64,000 nt of DNA from Burkholderiales bacterium RIFCSPHIGHO2_12_FULL_63_20 (GTDB lineage Bacteria; Pseudomonadota; Gammaproteobacteria; Burkholderiales; Burkholderiaceae_C), in the NCBI GenBank assembly GCA_001770775.1, contig MESA01000021.1, forward strand, positions 17,852 to 81,851. The letters are read 5' to 3'. Position numbers and translations under genes: made by a program. Positions 48,300 to 58,105 of this stretch are shown here, one piece after another (the stretch's first letter is position 1; each line of letters starts with the position of its first letter). The notes beneath the pieces were generated by a model. That model worked only from the letters and a program-made list of their open reading frames with translations, ran no database searches and was not told the origin of the DNA.

Positions 48300-49277
48300 T
48301 CATTTGTACAGCGCACAAGCCTGCGCCAGGCGCATCGACACCGCCTGCTTCAGGGCCGCAGGCCGCAACACCTCAACATCGGGGCCCCAACGCAGAATGT
48401 CCATGATCAACTCAGTGGGCTCAACATAGGGCAGCTTCATCATCAAGGCTCCCGTGGCATCCACCTCAGTCTCTTGCAAGGGATGCCAGGACTCCTGAGA
48501 CACCCACGGGGCCGCGTTCTCGGTGAAGCGCAACTGTGCCCACTGCACCTTGCTGCCGGCAAAGATGCCGTAGCCCCCATCCATCTCCTCTTCCATGCGC
48601 TTGAGAGAGAGATTGCGCGCCTTGCGCTCCAAGGGCTGCGCGTCCTCGACGGCATCCAGCGCAAAGCGGCGCAGCGCCTCGCTTTCATGGCACCAGGCGT
48701 CCAAGTACCACGTGTTGCGGTAATGGATCAAACGCTGCGGTGACACCTCGCGCACAGAGCGCGCCTTGCGCGAGCGGGTGAAGTAATGCAATTGCACACG
48801 ACGACGCTGCAACAGCGCCGCGCAAATCGCCTCAAAACGCTGACTGGCCACGGCACGCCGCGCCGAGCCCACGATGCGCACGCGGCGCATCAACTCGGCC
48901 GCATCCACCTCCGTGCTGCCAAGCAACTGGTGCACGCGGTCCAACAAAGGCCCCATGTGGCGACTCAGCGTGCCATCCGGGTCCAGATCGGACAGCAGAT
49001 GGTGCGCCATCAACAGCGCATACAGCTCCTTCTGGTCGAACCACAGCCCCGGCAACTCATGCTTGTCACCTGTGTGGACGTCATCTCCAAACCGGTAAGC
49101 ATTCGCCGCACGGTCGTACACGATGGGCGCGCCCATGCGGTCACGCAGAAACTGCAGGTCGCGCTTGAGCGTGGCACGTGACACCTCCAACTCCGCAAGC
49201 ATCTCCTCGAAGCTCACCTGGCCGCGATGGCGGATCATCAACTCGATCTTGTAGAACCGTTCGGTCTTGCTGCCCAT
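48300..49277 (-). CDS. WYL-domain transcriptional regulator (HTH-WYL-WCX, YafY/PafB-like)
   Basis: HTH ELEVSRATLKRDLQFLR, R.VSPQRLIHYRNTWYLDAWC, LRRFALD and C-terminal DILRWGPDVEVL.P. Confidence 0.93.
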   Translation of the reverse strand: MGSKTERFYKIELMIRHRGQVSFEEMLAELEVSRATLKRDLQFLRDRMGAPIVYDRAANAYRFGDDVHTGDKHELPGLWFDQKELYALLMAHHLLSDLDPDGTLSRHMGPLLDRVHQLLGSTEVDAAELMRRVRIVGSARRAVASQRFEAICAALLQRRRVQLHYFTRSRKARSVREVSPQRLIHYRNTWYLDAWCHESEALRRFALDAVEDAQPLERKARNLSLKRMEEEMDGGYGIFAGSKVQWAQLRFTENAAPWVSQESWHPLQETEVDATGALMMKLPYVEPTELIMDILRWGPDVEVLRPAALKQAVSMRLAQACALYK

Positions 49278-49391
49278 GATGTGTCTGCTTGATACGTTAA
49301 CGGAAGGCGTATCGGATGACTTTAACAGGGGCACCCCGGCATCAAGCTCAGGGTCTGCCGGAATGCACCCTAAAGGAGGAGCTGCAGACGC

Positions 49392-49425
49392 AAAAAAGCC
49401 GCGAGGCGCATGGCCTAGCGGCTTT
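49392..49425 (-). terminator. Intrinsic terminator downstream of tRNA-Thr (possibly bidirectional)
   Basis: AAAGCCGC...GCGGCTTT stem with inner AGGC/GCCT pairs and an A6 flank (T6 on the minus strand). Confidence 0.8.
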
Positions 49426-49439
49426 CTTGTCGATACGGG

Positions 49440-49515
49440 TGGTGCCGGCTGTCGGATTCGAACTGACGACCTACCGCTTACAAGGCGGTTGCTCTACCAA
49501 CTGAGCTAAGCCGGC
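49440..49515 (-). tRNA. tRNA-Thr(TGT)
   Basis: GCCGGCTTAGCTCAGTTGGTAGAGCAACCGCCTTGTAAGCGGTAGGTCGTCAGTTCGAATCCGACAGCCGGCACCA: 76 nt, TGT anticodon, encoded CCA. Confidence 0.97.
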
Positions 49516-49541
49516 ACTGCCTCACATTCTACACAGCTTCT

Positions 49542-50153
49542 TCACTTGATTCTGCGCAGTGTCGGGCGGCCGCCACCGGATGGGGGGGGCTCAGGGCTGT
49601 CATCGCTGCTGCCCCCTGCGGATGCAGGTCGAGACTCAGACTCCACCGACTTCAAGACGGTTTTTTCCTTGGCTGGCTTGGGGGCACGCGCGAGGTGCAA
49701 CCCCACCGAACGCTCCTCTGACGGGGCCTTGTCCGCGACGCCGGACTCAGCCGCTGCGGCAGCCGGCTCATCTTCGGTCGCCGAAGTCGGTGCATCCACC
49801 CCCTCGCCACCCAAAGAGGTCGGCACCGGGAAGGCCATGCCTTGCCCGTTTTCACGCGCGTAAATCGCCACCACATGATCGACCGGCACGACGATGTCGC
49901 GCACCCGGCCACCGAAGCGAGCCTTGAACTCCACGAACTCGTTGCCCAGCACCAACTGGCTGGTCGCCTCAAAGCTCACGTTCAGAACAATCTCGTTGTT
50001 CTTGACGTACTCCTGTGGCACCTGTACCGAACGGTCGACGTACACCGCCACGTAGGGCGTGAACCCGTTGTCGGTGCACCAGTCATGCAAGGCGCGGATC
50101 AGGTAAGGACGGGTAGACGTCCCTTGTGCTTCTGGTTCTGTGGACATGCTCAT
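49542..50153 (-). CDS. sspB: ClpXP specificity-enhancing factor SspB
   Basis: STRPYLIRALHDWCTDNGFTPY, IVLNVS, FKARFGG, IYARENGQGM and C-terminal LRRIK. Confidence 0.95.
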   Translation of the reverse strand: MSMSTEPEAQGTSTRPYLIRALHDWCTDNGFTPYVAVYVDRSVQVPQEYVKNNEIVLNVSFEATSQLVLGNEFVEFKARFGGRVRDIVVPVDHVVAIYARENGQGMAFPVPTSLGGEGVDAPTSATEDEPAAAAAESGVADKAPSEERSVGLHLARAPKPAKEKTVLKSVESESRPASAGGSSDDSPEPPPSGGGRPTLRRIK

Positions 50154-50181
50154 GGGGTCGGTTGTCGATCACGCAGCACGA

Positions 50182-50796
50182 TCACTTGCGCATCACCTTT
50201 TCAGACGGCGTCAGCGCTTCGATGTAGGCCGGACGGGAGAAGATGCGTTCAGCATACTTCAACAGCGGCAGGGCATTTTTCGACAGCTCGATGCCGTAGT
50301 AATCCAGGCGCCACAGCAGCGGCGCGATGGCCACGTCGAGCATCGAGAAATCGTCGCCCAGCATGTACTTGTTCTTGAGGAAGATCGGCGCCAACTGCGT
50401 CAGGCGGTCGCGGATCTGCGAACGGGCCTTCTCCAACTGCTTGTCGGTCCCCTTCACGCCGCCACGGCCTTCGAGCAGGTTCACATGCGAGAACAGCTCC
50501 TTCTCGAAGTTGAGCAGGAACAGGCGCACGCGGGCGCGGGCGACCGGGTCGCCGGGCATCAACTGGGGATGCGGGAAGCGCTCGTCGATGTACTCGTTGA
50601 TGATGTGCGATTCATACAAAATCAGATCACGCTCGACGAGGATGGGCACCTCGTTGTACGGGTTCATCAGGGCGATGTCTTCGGGCTTGGCAAAGACGTC
50701 CACGTCACGGATCTCAAAATCCATGCCCTTTTCGAACAGCACAAAACGGCAACGATGCGAGTAAGGGCAGGTCGTCCCGGAATAAAGCACCATCAT
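50182..50796 (-). CDS. sspA: Stringent starvation protein A (GST-like)
   Basis: LYSGTTCPYSHRCR, NPYNEVPILVER and IINEYIDERFPHPQLMP. Confidence 0.95.
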   Translation of the reverse strand: MMVLYSGTTCPYSHRCRFVLFEKGMDFEIRDVDVFAKPEDIALMNPYNEVPILVERDLILYESHIINEYIDERFPHPQLMPGDPVARARVRLFLLNFEKELFSHVNLLEGRGGVKGTDKQLEKARSQIRDRLTQLAPIFLKNKYMLGDDFSMLDVAIAPLLWRLDYYGIELSKNALPLLKYAERIFSRPAYIEALTPSEKVMRK

Positions 50797-50903
50797 GGGG
50801 GTGGGTCTCCTAAATATCTCAAAACAACGAAGCGCAGTGGCCGCTGAGAGCAGGCCACTGCGCCACCAAAGCACTCACTGATCTCTCAGCGAATGCATCA
50901 GGA

Positions 50904-51671
50904 TCACTTCACGTCTTTCCAGAACGCGGCATTCAGACGCCAGGCAATCACGAAGAAGATCGCCAGGAAAATCAGGACGCCCACACCGATACGGGTGCGC
51001 TGTTGCTGGACCGGCTCACCCATCCACTGCAGATAGGCAACCAAGTCGGCGATCGCACTGTCGTACTCTTGCGGCGACAGGGTGCCCGGGGTCAATTGCT
51101 CGAAACCTTCGAACTGGTGCGTCTTCTTGGTCGCGTCGTGTGGGTCGGCCACTTCCACGAACTTGGCGGCACGCTGACCTTGCAGTTCCCACAGCGCGTG
51201 GGGCATGCCCACGTTCGGGAAGGTCAGGTTGTTCCAGCCGGTCGGACGGGTGTCGTCACGGTAGAAGGTGCGCAGGTAGGTGTACAGGTAGTCGGCACCC
51301 GAGCCGGAGCCACTGGCACGCGAACGGGCCACCAAGGTCAGATCGGGCGGCAACGCACCGAACCACGCCTTGGCATCCTTCGCATCCAGAGACACCTTCA
51401 TCACTTCACCTACCTTGTCGGTGGGGAAAAGCAGGTTGTCCTTGATCTGCTGCTCGGTCAGACCAATGTCCTTCAGGCGATTGAAACGCATGAAGGCGGC
51501 AGAGTGACAGTTCAGGCAGTAATTGACGAACAGCTTGGCACCGTTCTGCAGCGCAGCCAGGTCAGAGACGCGCTCCTTGGGGAACTTGTCCAGCACCAGG
51601 GCGCCACCGGCAGCCTGCGCACCCGTCACCAGGGCGAAGGCGGCCAACAATGAGGCAAGAATTTTTTTCAT
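50904..51671 (-). CDS. petC: Cytochrome c1
   Basis: GAKLFVNYCLNCH heme motif, PPDLT, VGMPH and C-terminal TM. Confidence 0.97.
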   Translation of the reverse strand: MKKILASLLAAFALVTGAQAAGGALVLDKFPKERVSDLAALQNGAKLFVNYCLNCHSAAFMRFNRLKDIGLTEQQIKDNLLFPTDKVGEVMKVSLDAKDAKAWFGALPPDLTLVARSRASGSGSGADYLYTYLRTFYRDDTRPTGWNNLTFPNVGMPHALWELQGQRAAKFVEVADPHDATKKTHQFEGFEQLTPGTLSPQEYDSAIADLVAYLQWMGEPVQQQRTRIGVGVLIFLAIFFVIAWRLNAAFWKDVK

Positions 51672-51691
51672 GTCTGTGTTTCCTGCAGCGA

Positions 51692-53089
51692 TCAGTGGGG
51701 CTTGAAGGTCACGCGGTCGGGCACGGGCTTGAAGGTGCCCAACTGGCTCCACCAAGGCATCAGCACGAAGAAGCCGAAGTAGATCAAGGTACCGACTTGC
51801 GCCACCATTTCACCCGTGGGCGAAGGCGGTTGCACGCCCAGATAACCCAGGATGACGAAGTTGACCACGAACACGCCATAAACCAGCTTGTGCCAGCTCG
51901 GACGGTAGCGGATCGACTTGACCGGGCTCTTGTCCAACCAGGGCAGGCCCACCAGGATCACCACGGCGCCACCCATCACGGCCACGCCCCAGAACTTGGC
52001 TTCGAAGGTCTTCAGCAGCGCGATCACCACCGCGGCAATGACCAAGCCCACCACTTTGGACTTGCCCTGACCCTTGATGAGGTTCAGCACGGCGCCCAGG
52101 GCGATGATGACGGCCAGCACGTTGACCATCAGGTCGGTCGTGGCGCGCAGCATCGAGTAGAACGGGGTGAAGTACCAGACCGGCGCAATGTGCAACGGAG
52201 TCTGGAAGGGGTCCGCCGGGATGAAGTTCGGGCGCTCCAGGAAGTAACCGCCCATCTCAGGCGCGAAGAAGATCACGGCCGAGAAAACGATCAGGAAGCC
52301 CACCACGCCCAACAGGTCGTGCACCGAGTAGTAAGGGTGGAAGGGAATGCCATCGAGCGGCTTGCCGTTGGCGTCCTTCGGGCCTTGCTTGATCTCGACG
52401 CCGTCCGGGTTATTCGAACCCACTTCGTGCAGCGCAATGATGTGCGCCACCACCAAGCCCAGCAGTACCAGGGGCACGGCGATCACGTGCAGCGAGAAGA
52501 AGCGGTTCAGCGTAGCGTCACCGACCACGAAGTCACCACGGATCAGGATGGCCAGGTCCGGACCGATGAAAGGCACGGCGGCGAACAAGTTGATGATCAC
52601 CTGAGCGCCCCAGAAGGACATCTGGCCCCAAGGCAGCAGGTAGCCCATGAAGGCTTCGGCCATCAGTGCCAGGAAGATCAGGCAACCGAAGATCCAGACC
52701 AGCTCTCGCGGCGTGCGGTAGGAGCCGTAGAGCAGACCACGGTACATGTGCAGGTACACCACGACGAAGAACGCCGAGGCACCGGTGGAGTGCATGTAAC
52801 GGATCAGCCAGCCCCAGGGCACATCACGCATGATGTACTCGACCGAGGCGAAGGCCAAGTTGGCGTCCGGCTTGTAGTTCATGACCAGGAAGATCCCGGT
52901 CACGATCTGGATCACCAGCACCAGCAGGGCCAGCGAGCCGAAGAAATACCAGAAGTTGAAATTCTTCGGTGCGTAGTATTCGCCGACGTGCTCGTTCCAG
53001 AGCTTGGTGGCCGGAAACCGGTTATCCACCCAAGTCATGAACTTCTCGCCGTTCGAGGCACCCGCGGGCGCCTGCTTCATTTCAGCCAT
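51692..53089 (-). CDS. petB: Cytochrome b
   Basis: KNFNFWYFFG, GWLIRYMHSTGAS, LLPWGQMSFWG, RFFSLH and PVWY (PEWY-equivalent). Confidence 0.98.
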   Translation of the reverse strand: MAEMKQAPAGASNGEKFMTWVDNRFPATKLWNEHVGEYYAPKNFNFWYFFGSLALLVLVIQIVTGIFLVMNYKPDANLAFASVEYIMRDVPWGWLIRYMHSTGASAFFVVVYLHMYRGLLYGSYRTPRELVWIFGCLIFLALMAEAFMGYLLPWGQMSFWGAQVIINLFAAVPFIGPDLAILIRGDFVVGDATLNRFFSLHVIAVPLVLLGLVVAHIIALHEVGSNNPDGVEIKQGPKDANGKPLDGIPFHPYYSVHDLLGVVGFLIVFSAVIFFAPEMGGYFLERPNFIPADPFQTPLHIAPVWYFTPFYSMLRATTDLMVNVLAVIIALGAVLNLIKGQGKSKVVGLVIAAVVIALLKTFEAKFWGVAVMGGAVVILVGLPWLDKSPVKSIRYRPSWHKLVYGVFVVNFVILGYLGVQPPSPTGEMVAQVGTLIYFGFFVLMPWWSQLGTFKPVPDRVTFKPH

Positions 53090-53103
53090 GTGCGTGTCTC
53101 CTG

Positions 53104-53703
53104 TCAGGCCTTCTTGTCTTCACCAATCAGCAGCTTGGTGTCAGACAGGTACATATGGGGCGGAATCTCCAGATTGTCCGGAGCCGGCTTGTTTTTGAAC
53201 ACGCGACCTGCCAGGTCGAAGGTCGAACCGTGGCAGGGGCACAGGAAACCGCCCTTCCAGTCGTCCGGCAGAGAAGCCTGTGGGCCCGTCTGGAACTTGG
53301 ACGACGGCGAGCAACCCAGGTGGGTACAGATGCCGACCGCCACCAGCACGTCTTCCTTGATGGAGCGTTGGGTGTTGCGGCAGTACTCGGGCGTCAGCTC
53401 GGCAGGCTTGCGCTCGGAATCGGGGTCGGCCAGTTGCGGATCGATGCTCTTGAGCGCAGCGACCTGCTCGGGCGTGCGCTTGAGGATCCACACGGGCTTG
53501 CCGCGCCATTCAACCGTCATCATCTCGCCCGGCTTGAGGGCGCTGATGTCCGCCTCAACGGCAGCACCGGCGGCTTTCGCGCGCTCGGAGGGTTGGAAGG
53601 TCGAAACGAAGGGGATGGCGGTGGCCACGCCGCCCACGCCACCGGCGGCGCAGGCCATGGTCACCCAGGTCCGACGGCTTTGGTCCACTGGCTGATTGCT
53701 CAT
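53104..53703 (-). CDS. petA: Rieske iron-sulfur subunit of the bc1 complex
   Basis: Tat SRRTW leader, CTHLGC and CPCHGS. Confidence 0.98.
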   Translation of the reverse strand: MSNQPVDQSRRTWVTMACAAGGVGGVATAIPFVSTFQPSERAKAAGAAVEADISALKPGEMMTVEWRGKPVWILKRTPEQVAALKSIDPQLADPDSERKPAELTPEYCRNTQRSIKEDVLVAVGICTHLGCSPSSKFQTGPQASLPDDWKGGFLCPCHGSTFDLAGRVFKNKPAPDNLEIPPHMYLSDTKLLIGEDKKA

Positions 53704-53963
53704 GGGTATCCTTAGGGACTGATAGGACGATGACAGAGATATGGGGTCAACCGCATATTCTAACGGAGGTCAAAGGCGCATCCCGGTCGATTCTCAGCAG
53801 CTTGCTCAAGCGTTGCCCGCCCGATCCTGCTACATTTTTGCAACATCCCCAGGTGACACTGGCGCGGTGTCGTCGATTTCCGGGCCTCTCCCGCTTCGTT
53901 GACGACAATTCACCACATCGCGGCAGCACACCGCCGTCCTTCCACACAAGACAGGAGCCACAC

Positions 53964-54377
53964 ATGGGTTTTTTCACTGAGTTCAAAGAGTTTGCCGTCA
54001 AGGGCAATGTGATGGATCTGGCCGTTGGCGTCATCATCGGCGCAGCGTTTGGCAAGATCGTCGACTCCATCGTCAATGACCTCATCATGCCGCTGGTCGG
54101 CAAGGTCGTCGGTGGGCTGGATTTCAGCAATTACTACATCGCGCTGGCGGGACAGGACCCCACCCTGCCCCTGCTCGAAGCCAAAAAGATCGGGGCCGTG
54201 TTCGCTTACGGCAACTTCCTGACCGTCGCGCTCAACTTCGTGATCCTGGCCTTCATCATTTTCCTGATGATCAAGCAGATCAACCGACTGAAGAAGGAAG
54301 CCCCAGCAGCCGCCCCCGCCGCCACGCCCGAAGATGTTGTTTTGCTTCGTGAAATTCGTGACAGTTTGAAAAAGTAA
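53964..54377 (+). CDS. mscL: Large-conductance mechanosensitive channel
   Basis: [24 protein letters not shown] and [10 protein letters not shown]; AGGAG RBS. Confidence 0.97.
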   Translation: MGFFTEFKEFAVKGNVMDLAVGVIIGAAFGKIVDSIVNDLIMPLVGKVVGGLDFSNYYIALAGQDPTLPLLEAKKIGAVFAYGNFLTVALNFVILAFIIFLMIKQINRLKKEAPAAAPAATPEDVVLLREIRDSLKK

Positions 54378-54489
54378 GCGACTCATGCAGATCTGCACGG
54401 TCACGGTGCCTTGCCGCGTGCAGGTCGCCCTCTGTTTCGGGACAGAATCGGGCATCTGACTCTGGACAGATGGACCGCATGACTTCTGA

Positions 54490-56943
54490 TTGGATTGCTT
54501 CGTGACCGACCCACGCCTTGACGCCGTGCTGCAACCCGCTCTCGGACGCATCCGAGGCGTCGTCTCGGGCGTGCTGGATCAGGCCGTGGTGCAACTGGGC
54601 ACCCAGGCTGCGGCCTGCACCAGCAATCTGCAAAGACAACTGCTCATGACGGCCGACCGTGAGTTGCGACTCAAGGGCAACCGCCTCAAGCAGTGTTTCG
54701 AGCGTGAGCTCAACGCGCTGGTGGACGGATGCCTGCAAAGCAACCCGGACACCAGCCCCAATAGCCTGGCCAACACGGACTGGGCCTCCTTGTCTCTGGT
54801 GGACAACGCGCAGGTCGAACGCGATGTCCAGGCAGACCGGCTCGCGCTGACGGTCATGCACGCATGCGAGCGCCCGTTGGAAGCCGTGGGCGGCTACATC
54901 GCGGGCCTGCTGGACGATGCCAACCCGGAGCGCAACCCTTTGCGCCCCAAGCTGGTCGCCAAGGCCTTGCTCGACAGTCTGATTCAGGTCGGCATCCCTG
55001 AGGATGCCGCCCAGGCCATCGGCACACAGCTGGCGCCCGTCCTGGGCCCGGCGCTGGCCGTTTGCTACGAACAGGTCGCCAACGACATGCGCGGCGCGGG
55101 CCTGCAGGCGCAGGGCATGGCCGTGCAGAAGGCGCGCAACTCTGGCGCCATGCCTTTGGGGTCCTTGGGAGCCGATGCTCGGCGCACCGAGCCTGCACCG
55201 CTTGCCGCAGATCCAACCACCACGCGCCCCTCTGCCCTGCATGCGCGGGCCGCGCAAGCCCTGGGCGAGATGTTCGGCGTCACCATGCCGGACGCCAGCT
55301 ATGCAGGCGGTGAAGGCGACACCGGGGGCGGCAGCGGTGGCGGTGGGATGTCCTCCGGCGCCCCGCTGAGTGTCGATTTTCAGAACCTGCTCAGGCAGAT
55401 CAGCCGGCAAGCGGGCGAAATCGGCAAGGAGGCCATGGCGGCGGCCGGCCTGGGGTCGGATGGCGCCCGTCAAGATGTCGGCCTTCATGCGCCCGGGTTT
55501 GCCGGCCCGCTGATGGCCGTCAACCAGATCCGCGCCAACCGTGAGGAGCTGGTGCGAGCCAGTGGTGGGGCTGCGCTCGACAAGATGGTCATCGACATCG
55601 TGGCCGCCTTGTTCGACCAGGTGCTGTCCGACCCGAAAGTCGCGCCCGAGATGGCGCGTCAGATCGCCCGCCTCCAGATGCCCGTGCTGCGCGTGGCCCT
55701 GGGCGACATGAACTTCTTCAATTCACGCAAGCACCCCGTGCGGCGCTTCGTGAACCGCGTGGCCTCGCTGTCGGCCGCCTTTGACGACTACAGCCAGGGG
55801 CCGGGCGCCGATTGCCTGGCGCGCATCACCAGTCTGGTCAATGACATCGTTGACGGCGACTTCGATCGCATGGATCTCTACGAGACCAAGCTGCGTGAGC
55901 TCGAAGCCTTCATCGAAGCCGAGACGGCGCAGGACGCCGCCGACAGCGCCGACATCGCCGCCTTGCTCAGTTCCAAGGAAGCCGATCTGCGCGTGCAGCA
56001 GCGCTACATGCAGATCTTGCAGCGCGAGTTGCTTGATGTGGAGTTGCCCGAGTTCTTGCGAGAGTTCCTGGCGAACGTCTGGAGTCGGGTGCAGGTGACT
56101 GCGGCCACCCGCAACGGGGCCGACTCTCCCTTGGCTCAACGGATGAAGGCCGCCGGCCGCGAGCTGGCCCTGAGCGTTCAACCCAAGGGGCACCCCAAGC
56201 TGCGTCAGGCTTTCCTGCTCAAACTGCCTTCCTTGATGAAGGACGTCAATGAAGGCTTGGCCCTGATCCAGCACCCGGAGGCGGCCAAGCAGGCATTTTT
56301 TGCCGAGCTGCTGCCCGCCCATGCGGCCTGCCTGAAAGCCGCCCCCACGCACGACCTGACGCAACGGCTGCTGGAGCAGCGTCTCAAACAGGTGGAGAGC
56401 ATCGCCATCCCGACGCGGGAGGAAACCGCCAGCGACTCGATGCCCACGCCGCTGGACAGCCTCCAGTCGGACCACAGCCTGATGAGCACGTCGGCGTTCA
56501 GCGCTGAAGAGATCAAACAGTCCGGCTTCATCCCGGAAGCCGCGCTGGACGGTGGCAGCCTGGACATCAATCTCGATCTGGCTGGCCCTGAGGTCGAAGC
56601 CGACCCCACACTGGGTGAGCTTGACATCAATCTTGACACCCCGCCTCCGCCGGCGGCCGGACTGCAACTGGTGCATCACATCCAAAAGGGCACGCCCTAT
56701 CACATGGTCATGCAGGGCAAGTGGCAGAAGGTGCGCCTGACCTGGATCAGCGAGGGCCGGTCTTTCTTCATCTTCAATGCCGGCCAGCTGCACAAGCAGA
56801 CCATTTCGCTGACGGGCCGGACTCTGGCCAGAATGTGCGAAACCGGTCGCTTCAAGGCGTTCGAGCAGGCCGAATTGATTGAACGCGCCACCGTTCGGGC
56901 CCGCAAGCAGCTGGCTGCCTTGAGCGCCGGCTCGCAGCCCTGA
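54490..56943 (+). CDS. DUF1631-like large helical protein of unknown function
   Basis: 817 aa; IDIVAALFDQVLSD, QIARLQMPVLRVAL.D..FF...HP.RRFVNR and C-terminal KVRLTWIS recall DUF1631 proteins. Confidence 0.75.
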   Translation: MDCFVTDPRLDAVLQPALGRIRGVVSGVLDQAVVQLGTQAAACTSNLQRQLLMTADRELRLKGNRLKQCFERELNALVDGCLQSNPDTSPNSLANTDWASLSLVDNAQVERDVQADRLALTVMHACERPLEAVGGYIAGLLDDANPERNPLRPKLVAKALLDSLIQVGIPEDAAQAIGTQLAPVLGPALAVCYEQVANDMRGAGLQAQGMAVQKARNSGAMPLGSLGADARRTEPAPLAADPTTTRPSALHARAAQALGEMFGVTMPDASYAGGEGDTGGGSGGGGMSSGAPLSVDFQNLLRQISRQAGEIGKEAMAAAGLGSDGARQDVGLHAPGFAGPLMAVNQIRANREELVRASGGAALDKMVIDIVAALFDQVLSDPKVAPEMARQIARLQMPVLRVALGDMNFFNSRKHPVRRFVNRVASLSAAFDDYSQGPGADCLARITSLVNDIVDGDFDRMDLYETKLRELEAFIEAETAQDAADSADIAALLSSKEADLRVQQRYMQILQRELLDVELPEFLREFLANVWSRVQVTAATRNGADSPLAQRMKAAGRELALSVQPKGHPKLRQAFLLKLPSLMKDVNEGLALIQHPEAAKQAFFAELLPAHAACLKAAPTHDLTQRLLEQRLKQVESIAIPTREETASDSMPTPLDSLQSDHSLMSTSAFSAEEIKQSGFIPEAALDGGSLDINLDLAGPEVEADPTLGELDINLDTPPPPAAGLQLVHHIQKGTPYHMVMQGKWQKVRLTWISEGRSFFIFNAGQLHKQTISLTGRTLARMCETGRFKAFEQAELIERATVRARKQLAALSAGSQP

Positions 56944-56963
56944 CACACGTCAACGCGAATCAG

Positions 56964-58010
56964 TCAGAGACGCCCAGACACCAGCGCCCGGGCCATCTGT
57001 GCGGCGGCCGTCAGGCTCGCAGGGTCTGCGCACCCCGTACCCGCCAGATCAAAAGCGGTGCCGTGGTCCGGACTGGTGCGCACGAACGGCAAGCCCAGCG
57101 TCACATTGACCCCTTGGTCCAGCCCCAGGTACTTGACGGGGATCAGCCCCTGGTCGTGGTACATCGCCACCACCACATCGAATTCACCTGGGTGCTCGGG
57201 GGGCGCATGGCGGGCGCGCATGAAGACCGTATCGGGTGCGATCGGACCGATCGCGTTGATGCCTTCAGATCGCGCCGCCTCGATGGCCGGGCCGATGATG
57301 CAGAGTTCTTCATCGCCGAACAGCCCCCCCTCCCCGGCGTGCGGGTTGAGGCCGGCCACCGCGATGCGCGGCTGGCTTTGCCCCCACAGCGCGGCACTGC
57401 GGTGGGTGATGCGCAAGGTCTCGAGCACGCTGTCGAACGTCACCTGCTCGATGGCCTGGCGCAGCGACACATGGATGGTCACCAGCACCGTCTTGAGCTG
57501 GTCGTTGGCCAGCATCATGCGCACGGGCGCTGGCGGTTGTCCGGGTGGGCTGCCTTCGGCCTGCAGCAGTTCGGTGTGCCCGGGGTAAGGCTCGCCAGCC
57601 AACGCCAATGCCTCCTTGTGGAGGGGGGCCGTGACGATGCCGGCCACCTCACCGGCCTGCGCCAAGCGCACGGCCTCGCGGATGCATGCGGCAGCCGCCC
57701 TGCCCGCTCGCACATCGACCTGCCCCAAAGGGGCGTCCAGCAGATCCTCGGGCAGGCCCGGGGGCGCCCAGACACCCATCTCGTCGGCCGCCAACGTCGA
57801 GATCTCGCTCAACCGAGTGAGCGTCCGCACACGCGGGCGGCGCTCGGCGGGCATCCAGCCCACAGCGCGCGCCATGACCTTGGGGCACCCAACCACCAAC
57901 GCCTCGCGCCCACCGGGCCACCACTGGGCGATGATCTCCGGCCCAATGCCACAGGCGTCGCCCATGGTGACGGCCAGAAGGTCCACAGGAGCGTGCTGAG
58001 TAGGGGTCAC
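56964..58010 (-). CDS. pdxA: PdxA family 4-hydroxythreonine-4-phosphate / sugar-acid phosphate dehydrogenase
   Basis: TMGDACGIGPEI, TAPLHK, GHTE, GLNPHAGE, MYHDQGLIPVK and RTSPDHGTAFD. Confidence 0.9.
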   Translation of the reverse strand: MTPTQHAPVDLLAVTMGDACGIGPEIIAQWWPGGREALVVGCPKVMARAVGWMPAERRPRVRTLTRLSEISTLAADEMGVWAPPGLPEDLLDAPLGQVDVRAGRAAAACIREAVRLAQAGEVAGIVTAPLHKEALALAGEPYPGHTELLQAEGSPPGQPPAPVRMMLANDQLKTVLVTIHVSLRQAIEQVTFDSVLETLRITHRSAALWGQSQPRIAVAGLNPHAGEGGLFGDEELCIIGPAIEAARSEGINAIGPIAPDTVFMRARHAPPEHPGEFDVVVAMYHDQGLIPVKYLGLDQGVNVTLGLPFVRTSPDHGTAFDLAGTGCADPASLTAAAQMARALVSGRL

Positions 58011-58105
58011 CAGAAATTTCCTTCATGCGGTCTTGACATGAACATATTGTGACCTCAGCTATAGGGGCAAGGCTGAGTTGGCTTGCCGATTGCTACACTC
58101 CCACC

